In this document: piece after piece, positions 12,701 through 24,600 of the stretch
Layout: each line of letters begins with the position of its first letter
Numbering within the stretch: the stretch's first letter is position 1
From: Nemertoderma westbladi
Lineage: Eukaryota; Animalia; Xenacoelomorpha
Assembly (NCBI GenBank): GCA_032718475.1
Contig: JAUCBJ010003097.1
Location: 1-42,614, forward strand
Direction: 5' to 3'
Length of the DNA stretch: 42,614 nucleotides
The notes under the pieces: generated by a model
What the model saw: the letters and a program-made list of their open reading frames with translations, nothing else
The model's database searches: none
Told to the model about the DNA's origin: nothing
Program-made: the position numbers and the translations under genes

Positions 12701-13149
12701 GAACAGAAGGTGCCTAAAAGTATCTAAAAAATCTCACTTTTTGGTTTTATTTATGTCTAGTAACTTTCAACTCGACATCTTTAAATTCGGCAACGTTATT
12801 AGCATGTCATAATCACAACGACAACAAACGATGATGGCAACAACCTGCTTGCCACAATAACCCACCCCCTAACTTCCTAATTCATATCCTCAGCAATCAG
12901 TCCCAGACCAAGCTATTCCAGTACACAGGCCTATTACAGTAGCTAACCCGCTATTACTATATATATGTGACAGGTACGGTACCCGGTAGGCTTCCCTACA
13001 TAGTTTGTTATACACTACAGCAGTACACAACAAATGATAGGCCTACCTGATAAGAAATGAATATTTAATTTCACGACAATTTTATACAATAATTTAGGGA
13101 ATTTTCTTATAGAAAAGAAATGCGTGGCTAATTTTATCTAAAAGTTGGT

Positions 13150-13277
13150 ACCCAGTGTTATTTTTTTATGCTCTTTCTACTGTATTTTCGACTGTGTTCG
13201 ATTGTGTTCGGCAGTTTTTGGAGTGTGTTCGGGTGTGTTCTGGTGTGTTCGCTTATGTTCTGTAAAAAGAATTCTCC
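13150..13277. mobile_element. Solo right-hand TIR of a MITE related to 9230-9942
   Basis: Has 10-bp TGTGTTC repeats and ends in TGTTCTGTAAAAAGAATTCTCC, matching the MITE terminus (TGTTCTGTAAAAAGAACTATCC). No partner arm was found. Confidence 0.65.
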
Positions 13278-13392
13278 TTGTTTACCACACAGTGCATAAA
13301 TCACCTAATTAATTACAGTTGTAACCCAAAGTCAGAAATTATATCAAAATTCATTGTAAATCAAAAGATATAGGACTTCGTCCAACACTAAC

Positions 13393-13551
13393 CGTAAACC
13401 AAGGGCAGTATCTCGCAATCTGATGTGACTTTTCATAAGTGCAGTTGGATATATAATCAGTTTTATGTTGATCAGCTATGTTTCTCTTGGTAAAGTTAAA
13501 TTGTGGAAACGTTACCGTACTCTTAATCCGAATAGCGAAATCATTTACTTC
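13393..13551 (-). CDS. P2X: P2X-like receptor coding exon 4 (EVNDFAIRIKSTVTFPQFNFTKRNI...NCTY...YCPWFT)
   Basis: Aligns with the P2X motif NFT..IKN...FP.F...KRNI...C.Y......CPIF. Acceptor cag, donor gttagt; 159 bp, phase 0/0. Confidence 0.9.
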
Positions 13552-14295
13552 CTGTGATAGTAAATATAAACATAAATATACAATGCACCTAACCAAACCC
13601 GAAAGTAGTAAATTAAAAGATAACAGATTATTACAGTATAAGGAATTGTTCATAAAACAGCACTTTTACCATTACAGCACGGAGTGATGTTGTTTCCCGA
13701 TCGACAGCGAGGGAAATAAAGAAAATGAAGGCAGTAATAATTATTCATTACAATAATAAAAAATATAAGTTTTTTTTCACTATTCTCGAGGCGATTTAGT
13801 TACCGCGAGCGCAACCGGGGTGAATAAAGGGTCGAGAGAATATTCAAAAAAAGGTCTACGTTTTTCTTCATGTAATAGGTACCGGTATACGCATTTTTAT
13901 TCTTTAATTGGTACTTTTTGAAGCTTAATACTTTAATAAAAGATATAGCGATATAGGGTTAAACATAGAGCGATACTGGGTTACAAATTTATTACTACAT
14001 TATTACAGTATTAATTACTTCGTACATTATTTAATACAGCACGCACCAATTATACTTTGTCACGCAAATAAAATCCGTTTAAATGATTAATTATAAATTT
14101 AGGGAAATGTTCAAGTTACGATATTCTAACCAAAACAACCGAAAGACAATAGAACGAACGGGTTTCATTTTTGCGAGTAATCAATCAGATCTTAGTTATT
14201 AAGTCGATCCAATCCCCCATCTGGAAACAATTATTAAATCATCCTGTCTTTCTGATAAAGTACAGATGCTACAGTTCTACAGTATGTTACCATAC

Positions 14296-14492
14296 CTTCA
14301 GTAAAGGTGCGTCATCTATATCTATATGAGTTTCCTTGGCAGGGCACCACGCATCCACCTCACACGTACCCGTTTCTGTGACACATTTACCCGTCATGTA
14401 CCCGCTTCCCTTCCTTGTTTTTCTACCCTTCTCGCATTCGCTGTTGTCTTGACAACGAGCTGTATTGATATTGACACTCTCGGGACACTTTC
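14296..14492 (-). CDS. P2X: P2X-like receptor coding exon 3, Cys-rich head domain (GKCPES...CQDNSECEKG...GYMTGKCV...TCEVDAWCP...APLLK); absent from the ORF track
   Basis: Six head-domain cysteines plus the CPE, TGxC and TCEVxAWCP motifs. Acceptor ttcag, donor gtatgg; 197 bp, phase 1/0. Confidence 0.95.
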
Positions 14493-15051
14493 CTGAATTA
14501 AATATTTATAAATAATGTTAATTCAGAAAATAACTATTGACTATCATCAGACTGTTGTGTTTGTAGGCCTATAGTATACAGTAGTACAGTATGTGTTTAG
14601 AGTGAGAACACCATTGTACTGTATAGTATCGAAAAGTTATCGGCAGATGAGACAGTTTGGTACGGGCCAGCACAAATATTCTGGGGAATTGAACATGGAC
14701 ACCTTGCAATAAATATCTCTCTCGCAAAGTTTGGCCATACTCACAATATCTCAAGGCTTTGTTTAATTTCATTAAATAAAAATTAGTTGAAAATTTTAAG
14801 AATTATCAACCATAGCGCTCAGAAAACTATTTTAAAATTCAAATAGATAGATAGATAGATATATTTATTTATACATTATGTAAAAACAATAACAAATACA
14901 CCAAACAATGTACCGGTATAAAGGTATTGTCCAACATAACAATAATAGGATTACCCCTAAAGCTTTGCAGCTTATGTCCAAGGGGGTCCTTTAAGTTACT
15001 TGGTGGACATATGAAATGAAATGAAATTTAATTGAGTTTTCAAGTACTCAC

Positions 15052-15252
15052 CCAATGTTTGGCCTTCTGTAACCACCATTGTTGTAATAATGAACACCGA
15101 TTTCGAATTTGGCGATTGGAGCACCAGATCGGCTGCGTCCCAAACTCTATTGTATTTTGGGTCCTTAGCATTGGTTGGTCTCGCTAAACCAACCACACTA
15201 CATCCAACGCTGCCCATTGCTGTCTCATACGATTGGTATCCTTTATTGCCGA
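15052..15252 (-). CDS. P2X: P2X-like receptor coding exon 2 (IGNKGYQSYETAMGSVGCSVVG...RVWDAADLV...SVFIITTMVVTEGQTLG)
   Basis: KGYQ, RVWDxAD and F.T....T..QT.G motifs. Acceptor ccag, donor gtgagt; 201 bp, phase 1/1. Confidence 0.93.
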
Positions 15253-15592
15253 CTGGATAAGTAAGAAATAACTCATTTTAAAACAACTGTATTATGGTTT
15301 ATAAACTAAACTGTGACTCACTAGCTGATGAGTACTGTAGGTATTGTTCTTAACATTACCTATTGGGTTTTATTCTATTGAGTCCGAAAGTTTGGATTGC
15401 CATTGTTGTTCGAGGGCTCTACAGTATTTTTCACAGGATTATTAGCAGTACAAATGATTATTATTCTATATTACTATAGTTTAATGATGGAATTGTCTCA
15501 GCTCCAGTGACAACACTGTAGGCCTGCAGTATTTTCAACATACATCCTGCACCTGCTTATGTATTAAGTCAAGTCCATGGGACAGAATAAGT

Positions 15593-15671
15593 TAGGAGGG
15601 GGTTGCTGGGGGGGCAGGGCGGCAGGGGAGGGGGGTTGAGGGGGGTGTGGCTGGGGGGGGGATTGTTGGGG
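15593..15671 (+). other. G-tract cluster (potential G-quadruplex) next to the satellite start
   Basis: At least 8 runs of 3 or more G within about 80 bp. Confidence 0.6.
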
Positions 15672-15696
15672 TTCCGAGACGAATATACAAATGGAT

Positions 15697-18600
15697 CATT
15701 CGGACCTTCATTGTCCAATTCGGACCTTCTTTGTCCCATTTGGACCTTCTTTGTCCCATTCGGACCTTCTTTGTCCCATTCGGACCTTCTTTGTCCCATT
15801 CGAACCTTTGTCCCATTTGGACCTTCTTTGTCCCATTCGGACATTCTTAGTCCCATTCGGACCTTCTTTGTCCCATTCGGACCTTCTTTGTCCCATTCGG
15901 ACATTCTTAGTCCCATTCGGACCTTCTTTGTCCCATTCGGACCTTCTTTGTCCCATTCGGACATTCTTAGTCCCATTCGGACCTCTTTGTCCCATTCGGA
16001 CCTTCTTTGTCCCATTCGGACATTCTTAGTCCCATTCGGACCTTCTTTGTCCCATTCGGACCTTCTTTGTCCCATTCGGACATTCTTAGTCCCATTCGGA
16101 CCTTCTTTGTCCCATTCGGACCTTCTTTGTCCCATTCGGACATTCTTAGTCCCATTCGGACCTTCTTTGTCCCATTCGGACCTTCTTTGTCCCATTCGGA
16201 CCTTCTTTGTCCCATTCGGACCTTCTTTGTCCCATTCGGACCTTCTTAGTCCCATTCGGACCTTCTTTGTCCCATTCGGACCTTCTTTGTCCCATTCGGA
16301 CATTCTTTGTCCCATTCGGACCTTCTTTGTCCCATTCGGACATTCTTTGTTCCATTCGGACATTCTTAGTCCCATTCGGACCTTCTTTGTCCCATTCGGA
16401 CCTTCTTTGTCCCATTCGGACATTCTTTGTCCCATTCGGACCTTCTTTGTCCCATTCGGACATTCTTTGTCCCATTCGGACCTCCTTTGTCCCATTCGGA
16501 CATTCTTTGTCCCATTCGGACCTTCTTTGTCCCATTCGGATCCCATTCGGACATTCTTTGTCCCATTCGGACCTTCTTTGTCCCATTCGGACCTTCTTTG
16601 TCCCATTCGGACATTCTTAGTCCCATTCGGACCTTCTTTGTCCCATTCGGACATTCTTTGTCCCATTCGGACCTTCTTTGTCCCATTCGGACCTTCTTTG
16701 TCCCATTCGGACCTTCTTTGTTCCATTCGGACCTTCTTTGTCCCATTCGGACTCTTTGTCCCATTCGGACTTCTTTGTTCCATTCGGACCTTCTTTGTTC
16801 CATTCGAATCTTCTTTGTCCCATTCGGACCTTCTTTGTCCCATTCGGACCTTCTTTGTCCCATTCGGACATTCTTTGTCCCATTCGGACCTTCTTTGTCC
16901 CATTCGGACCTTCTTTGTCCCATTCGGACCTTCTTTGTCCCATTCGGACATTCTTTGTCCATTCGACCTTGTCCCATTCGGACCTTCTTTGTCCCATTCG
17001 GACCTTCTTTGTCCCATTCGGACCTTCTTTGTTCCATTCGCATTCTTTGTCCCATTCGGACCTTCTTTGTCCCATTCGGACCTTCTTTGTCCCATTCGGA
17101 CATTCTTTGTTCCATTCGAATCTTCTTTGTCCCATTCGGACCTTCTTTGTCCCATTCGGACCTTCTTTGTTCCATTCGGACCTTCTTTGTTCCATTCGAA
17201 TCTTCTTTGTTCCATTCGAATCTTCTTTGTCCCATTCGAACTTCTTTGTCCCATTCGGACCTTCTTTGTCCCATTCGGACCTTCTTTGTCCCATTCGGAC
17301 CTTCTTTGTCCCATTCGGACCTTCTTTGTCCCATTCGGACCTTCTTTGTCCCATTCGGACCTTCTTTGTCCCATTCGGACCTTCTTTGTCCCATTCGGAC
17401 CTTCTTTGTCCCATTCGGACCTTCTTTGTCCCATTCGGACCTTCTTTGTCCCATTCGGACCTTCTTTGTCCCATTCGGACCTTCTTTGTCCCATTCGGAC
17501 CTTCTTTGTCCCATTCGGACCTTCTTTGTCCCATTCGGACATTCTTTGTTCCATTCGGACCTTCTTAGTCCCATTCGGACCTTCTTTGTCCCATTCGGAC
17601 ATTCTTTGTTCCATTCGGACCTTCTTTGTCCCATTCGGACCTTCTTTGTCCCATTCGGACCTTCTTTGTTCCATTCGGACCTTCTTTGTTCCATTCGAAT
17701 CTTCTTTGTCCCATTCGGACCTTCTTTGTCCCATTCGGACCTTCTTTGTCCCATTCGGACCTTCTTTGTCCCATTCGGACCTTCTTTGTCCCATTCGGAC
17801 CTTCTTTGTCCCATTCGGACCTTCTTTGTCCCATTCGGACCTTCTTTGTCCCATTCGGACCTTCTTTGTCCCATTCGGACCTTCTTTGTCCCATTCGGAC
17901 CTTCTTTGTCCCATTCGGACCTTCTTAGTCCCATTCGGACCTCCTTTGTCCCATTCGGACATTCTTTGTTCCATTCGGACCTTCTTTGTTCCATTCGAAT
18001 CTTCTTTGTCCAATTCGGACCTTCTTTGTCCCATTCGGACCTTCTTTGTCCCATTCGGACCTTCTTTGTCCCATTCGGACCTTCTTTGTCCCATTCGGAC
18101 CTTCTTTGTCCCATTCGGACCTTCTTTGTCCCATTCGGACCTTCTTTGTCCCATTCGGACATTCTTTGTTCCATTCGGACATTCTTTGTCCCATTCGGAC
18201 CTTCTTTGTCCCATTCGGACCTTCTTTGTCCCATTCGGACCTTCTTTGTCCCATTCGGACCTTCTTTGTCCCATTCGGACCTTCTTTGTCCCATTCGGAC
18301 CTTCTTTGTCCCATTCGGACCTTCTTTGTCCCATTCGGACCTTCTTTGTCCCATTCGGACCTTCTTTGTCCCATTCGGACCTTCTTTGTCCCATTCGGAC
18401 ATTCTTTGTTCCATTCGGACCTTCTTTGTTCCATTCGAATCTTCTTTGTCCCATTCGGACCTTCTTTGTCCCATTCGGACCTTCTTTGTCCCATTCGGAC
18501 CTTCTTTGTTCCATTCGAATCTTCTTTGTCCCATTCGGACCTTCTTTGTCCCATTCGGACCTTCTTTGTCCCATTCGGACCTTCTTTGTCCCATTCGGAC

Positions 18601-21600
18601 CTTCTTTGTCCCATTCGGACCTTCTTTGTCCCATTCGGACCTTCTTTGTCCCATTCGGACCTTCTTTGTCCCATTCGGACCTTCTTTGTTCCATTCGGAC
18701 CTTCTTTGTTCCATTCGAATCTTCTTTGTCCCATTCGGACCTTCTTTGTCCCATTCGGACCTTCTTTGTCCCATTCGGACCTTCTTTGTCCCATTCGGAC
18801 CTTCTTTGTCCCATTCGGACCTTCTTTGTCCCATTTGGACCTTCTTTGTCCCATTCGGACCTTCTTTGTTCCATTCGAATCTTCTTTGTCCCATTCGAAC
18901 CTTTGTCCCATTCGGACCTTCTTTGTCCCATTCGGACATTCTTTGTTCCATTCGAATCTTCTTTGTCCCATTCGAACCTTTGTCCCATTCGGACCTTCTT
19001 TGTCCCATTCGGACCTTCTTTGTCCCATTCGGACCTTCTTTGTCCCATTCGGACCTTCTTTGTCCCATTCGGACCTTCTTTGTCCCATTCGGACCTTCTT
19101 TGTTCCATTCGGACCTTCTTTGTTCCATTCGGACCTTCTTTGTTCCATTCGAATCTTCTTTGTCCCATTCGGACCTTCTTTGTCCCATTCGGACCTCCTT
19201 TGTCCCATTCGGACATTCTTTGTTCCATTCGAATCTTCTTTGTCCCATTCGGACCTTCTTTGTTCCATTCGAATCTTCTTTGTCCCATTCGGACCTTCTT
19301 AGTCCCATTCGGACATTCTTTGTCCCATTCGGACCTTCTTTGTTCCATTCGGACCTTCTTTGTTCCATTCGAATCTTCTTTGTCCCATTCGGACCTTCTT
19401 TGTCCCATTCGGACCTTCTTTGTCCCATTCGGCCTCTTCCATTCGACTTCTTTGTCCCATTCGGACCTTCTTTGTTCCATTCGGACCTTCTTTGTTCCAT
19501 TCGAATCTTCTTTGTCCCATTCGGACCTTCTTTGTCCCATTCGGACCTTCTTTGTCCCATTCGGACCTTCTTTGTTCCATTCGAACTTCTTTGTCCATTC
19601 GGACCTTCTTTGTTCCATTCGAATCTTCTTTGTCCCATTCGGACCTTCTTTGTCCCATTCGGACCTTCTTTGTCCCATTCGGACCTTCTTTGTTCCATTC
19701 GGACCTTCTTTGTCCCATTCGGATCTTCTTTGTCCCATTCGGACCTTCTTTGTTCCATTCGAATCTTCTTTGTCCCATTCGGACCTTCTTTGTCCCATTC
19801 GGACCTTCTTTGTTCCATTCGGACCTTCTTTGTTCCATTCGGACCTTCTTTGTTCCATTCGAATCTTCTTTGTCCCATTCGGACCTTCTTTGTCCCATTC
19901 GGACCTTCTTTGTCCCATTCGGACATTCTTTGTTCCATTCGGACCTTCTTTGTCCCATTCGGACCTTCTTTGTTCCATTCGAATCTTCTTTGTCCCATTC
20001 GGACCTTCTTTGTCCCATTCGGACCTTCTTTGTCCCATTCGGACCTTCTTTGTCCCATTCGGACCTTCTTTGTTCCATTCGAATCTTCTTTGTCCCATTC
20101 GGACCTTCTTTGTCCCATTCGGACCTTCTTTGTCCCATTCGGACCTTCTTTGTTCCATTCGAACCTTCTTTGTCCCATTCGGACCTTCTTTGTCCCATTC
20201 GGACCTTCTTTGTCCCATTCGGACCTTCTTTGTCCCATTCGGACCTTCTTTGTCCCATTCGGACCTTCTTTGTCCCATTCGGACCTTCTTTGTCCCATTC
20301 GGACCTTCTTTGTCCCATTCGGACCTTCTTTGTCCCATTCGGACCTTCTTTGTTCCATTCGAATCTTCTTTGTCCCATTCGGACCTTCTTTGTCCCATTC
20401 GGACCTTCTTTGTCCCATTCGGACCTTCTTTGTCCCATTCGGACCTTCTTTGTCCCATTCGGACCTTCTTTGTCCCATTCGGACCTTCTTTGTCCCATTC
20501 GGACCTTCTTTGTTCCATTCGACTTCTTTGTCCCATTCGACCTTTGTCCCATTCGGACCTTCTTTGTCCCATTCGGACCTCCTTTGTCCCATTCGGACAT
20601 TCTTTGTTCCATTCGAATCTTCTTTGTCCCATTCGGACCTCTTTGTCCCATTCGGACCTTCTTTGTCCCATTCGGACCTTCTTTGTCCCATTCGGACCTT
20701 CTTTGTCCCATTCGGACCTTCTTTGTCCCATTCGGACCTTCTTTGTCCCATTCGGACCTTCTTTGTTCCATTCGGACCTTCTTTGTCCCATTCGGACCTT
20801 CTTTGTTCCATTCGGACCTTCTTTGTCCCATTCGGACCTTCTTTGTCCCATTCGGACCTTCTTTGTCCCATTCGGACCTTCTTTGTTCCATTCGAATCTT
20901 CTTTGTCCCATTCGGACCTTCTTTGTCCCATTCGGACTCTTCTTTGTCCCATTCGGACCTTCTTAGTCCCATTCGGACCTTCTTTGTCCCATTCGGACCT
21001 TCTTTGTTCCATTCGGACCTTCTTTGTTCCATTCGAATCTTCTTTGTCCCATTCGGACCTTCTTTGTCCCATTCGGACCTTCTTTGTTCCATTCGAATCT
21101 TCTTTGTCCCATTCGGACCTTCTTTGTCCCATTCGGACCTTCTTTGTCCCATTCGGACCTTCTTTGTTCCATTCGAATCTTCTTTGTCCCATTCGACCTC
21201 TTTGTCCCATTCGGACCTTCTTTGTCCCATTCGGACCTTCTTTGTCCCATTCGGACCTTCTTTGTCCCATTCGGACCTTCTTTGTCCCATTCGGACCTTC
21301 TTTGTCCCATTCGGACCTTCTTTGTTCCATTCGGACCTTCTTTGTTCCATTCGGACCTTCTTTGTTCCATTCGAATCTTCTTTGTCCCATTCGGACCTTC
21401 TTTGTCCCATTCGGACCTTCTTTGTCCCATTCGGACCTTCTTTGTTCCATTCGAACCTTCTTTGTCCCATTCGGACCTTCTTTGTTCCATTCGAATCTTC
21501 TTTGTCCCATTCGGACCTTCTTAGTCCCATTCGGACCTTCTTTGTCCCATTCGGACCTTCTTTGTTCCATTCGGACCTTCTTTGTTCCATTCGAATCTTC

Positions 21601-24600
21601 TTTGTCCCATTCGGACCTTCTTTGTCCCATTCGGACCTTCTTTGTCCCATTCGGACATTCTTTGTTCCATTCGAATCTTCTTTGTCCCATTCGGACCTTC
21701 TTTGTCCCATTCGGACCTTCTTTGTCCCATTCGGACCTTCTTTGTCCCATTCGGACCTTCTTTGTCCCATTCGGACCTTCTTTGTCCCATTCGGACCTTC
21801 TTTGTTCCATTCGGACCTTCTTTGTCCCATTCGGACCTTCTTTGTCCCATTCGGACCTTCTTTGTCCCATTCGGACCTTCTTTGTTCCATTCGGACCTTC
21901 TTTGTCCCATTCGGACCTTCTTTGTTCCATTCGAATCTTCTTTGTCCCATTCGGACCTTCTTTGTTCCATTCGGACCTTCTTTGTTCCATTCGAATCTTC
22001 TTTGTCCCATTCGGACCTTCTTTGTCCCATTCGGACCTTCTTTGTCCCATTCGGACCTTCTTTGTCCCATTCGGACCTTCTTTGTCCCATTCGGACCTTC
22101 TTTGTCCCATTCGGACCTTCTTTGTCCCATTCGGACCTTCTTTGTCCCATTCGGACCTTCTTTGTCCCATTCGGACCTTCTTTGTCCCATTCGGACCTTC
22201 TTTGTCCCATTCGGACCTTCTTTGTTCCATTCGGACCTTCTTTGTTCCATTCGAATCTTCTTTGTCCCATTCGGACCTTCTTTGTCCCATTCGGACCTTC
22301 TTTGTCCCATTCGGACCTTCTTTGTCCCATTCGGACCTTCTTTGTCCCATTCGGACCTTCTTTGTCCCATTCGGACCTTCTTTGTCCCATTCGGACCTTC
22401 TTTGTCCCATTCGGACCTTCTTTGTTCCATTCGAATCTTCTTTGTCCCATTCGGACCTTCTTTGTCCCATTCGGACCTTCTTTGTCCCATTCGGACCTTC
22501 TTTGTTCCATTCGAATCTTCTTTGTCCCATTCGGACCTTCTTTGTCCCATTCGGACCTTCTTTGTCCCATTCGGACCTTCTTTGTCCCATTCGGACCTTC
22601 TTTGTCCCATTCGGACCTTCTTTGTCCCATTCGGACCTTCTTTGTCCCATTCGGACCTTCTTTGTCCCATTCGGACCTTCTTTGTCCCATTCGGACCTTC
22701 TTTGTCCCATTCGGACCTTCTTTGTCCCATTCGGACCTTCTTTGTCCCATTCGGACCTTCTTTGTCCCATTCGGACCTTCTTTGTCCCATTCGGACCTTC
22801 TTTGTCCCATTCGGACCTTCTTTGTCCCATTCGGACCTTCTTTGTCCCATTCGGACCTTCTTTGTCCCATTCGGACCTTCTTTGTCCCATTCGGACCTTC
22901 TTTGTCCCATTCGGACCTTCTTTGTCCCATTCGGACCTTCTTTGTTCCATTCGAATCTTCTTTGTCCCATTCGGACCTTCTTTGTCCCATTCGGACCTTC
23001 TTTGTCCCATTCGGACCTTCTTTGTTCCATTCGAATCTTCTTTGTCCCATTCGGACCTTCTTTGTCCCATTCGGACCTTCTTTGTCCCATTCGGACCTTC
23101 TTTGTCCCATTCGGACCTTCTTTGTCCCATTCGGACCTTCTTTGTCCCATTCGGACCTTCTTTGTCCCATTCGGACCTTCTTTGTCCCATTCGGACCTTC
23201 TTTGTCCCATTCGGACCTTCTTTGTTCCATTCGAATCTTCTTTGTCCCATTCGGACCTTCTTTGTCCCATTCGGACCTTCTTTGTCCCATTCGGACCTTC
23301 TTTGTCCCATTCGGACCTTCTTTGTCCCATTCGGACATTCTTTGTTCCATTCGAATCTTCTTTGTCCCATTCGGACCTTCTTTGTCCCATTCGGACCTTC
23401 TTTGTCCCATTCGGACCTTCTTTGTCCCATTCGGACCTTCTTTGTCCCATTCGGACCTTCTTTGTCCCATTCGGACCTTCTTTGTCCCATTCGGACCTTC
23501 TTAGTCCCATTCGGACCTCCTTTGTCCCATTCGGACATTCTTTGTTCCATTCGAATCTTCTTTGTCCCATTCGGACCTTCTTAGTCCCATTCGGACCTTC
23601 TTTGTCCCATTCGGACATTCTTTGTTCCATTCGAATCTTCTTTGTCCCATTCGGACCTTCTTTGTCCCATTCGGACCTTCTTTGTCCCATTCGGACCTTC
23701 TTTGTCCCATTCGGACCTTCTTTGTCCCATTCGGACCTTCTTTGTCCCATTCGGACCTTCTTTGTCCCATTCGGACCTTCTTTGTCCCATTCGGACCTTC
23801 TTTGTTCCATTCGGACCTTCTTTGTCCCATTCGGACCTTCTTTGTCCCATTCGGACCTTCTTTGTCCCATTCGGACCTTCTTTGTCCCATTCGGACCTTC
23901 TTTGTCCCATTCGGACCTTCTTTGTCCCATTCGGACCTTCTTTGTTCCATTCGAATCTTCTTTGTCCCATTCGGACCTTCTTTGTCCCATTCGGACCTTC
24001 TTTGTCCCATTCGGACCTTCTTTGTCCCATTCGGACCTTCTTTGTCCCATTCGGACCTCCTTTGTCCCATTCGGACCTTCTTTGTCCCATTCGGACCTTC
24101 TTTGTCCCATTCGGACCTTCTTTGTCCCATTCGGACCTTCTTTGTCCCATTCGGACCTTCTTTGTCCCATTCGGACCTTCTTTGTTCCATTCGGACCTTC
24201 TTTGTCCCATTCGGACCTTCTTAGTCCCATTTGGACCTTCTTTGTCCCATTCGGACCTTCTTTGTCCCATTCGGACCTTCTTTGTCCCATTCGGACATTC
24301 TTTGTTCCATTCGGACCTTCTTTGTTCCATTCGAATCTTCTTTGTCCCATTCGGACCTTCTTAGTCCCATTTGGACCTTCTTTGTCCCATTCGGACCTTC
24401 TTTGTCCCATTCGGACCTTCTTTGTCCCATTCGGACATTCTTTGTTCCATTCGGACCTTCTTTGTTCCATTCGAATCTTCTTTGTCCCATTCGGACCTTC
24501 TTAGTCCCATTTGGACCTTCTTTGTCCCATTCGGACCTTCTTTGTCCCATTCGGACCTTCTTTGTCCCATTCGGACATTCTTTGTCCCATTCGGACCTCC

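Noticed and set aside
5121-13392. Further P2X exons (GG..GI.I.W.C.LD, NFR, TM2)
   Set aside because: No matching translation with splice sites was found by eye. A weak Cys-containing stretch at ~12795-12870 lacks the motifs. A short divergent exon could have been missed.
16740-21200. Scattered 1-5-bp deletions in satellite monomers as a programmed frameshift code
   Set aside because: They are irregular and equally explained by slippage or long-read consensus error.
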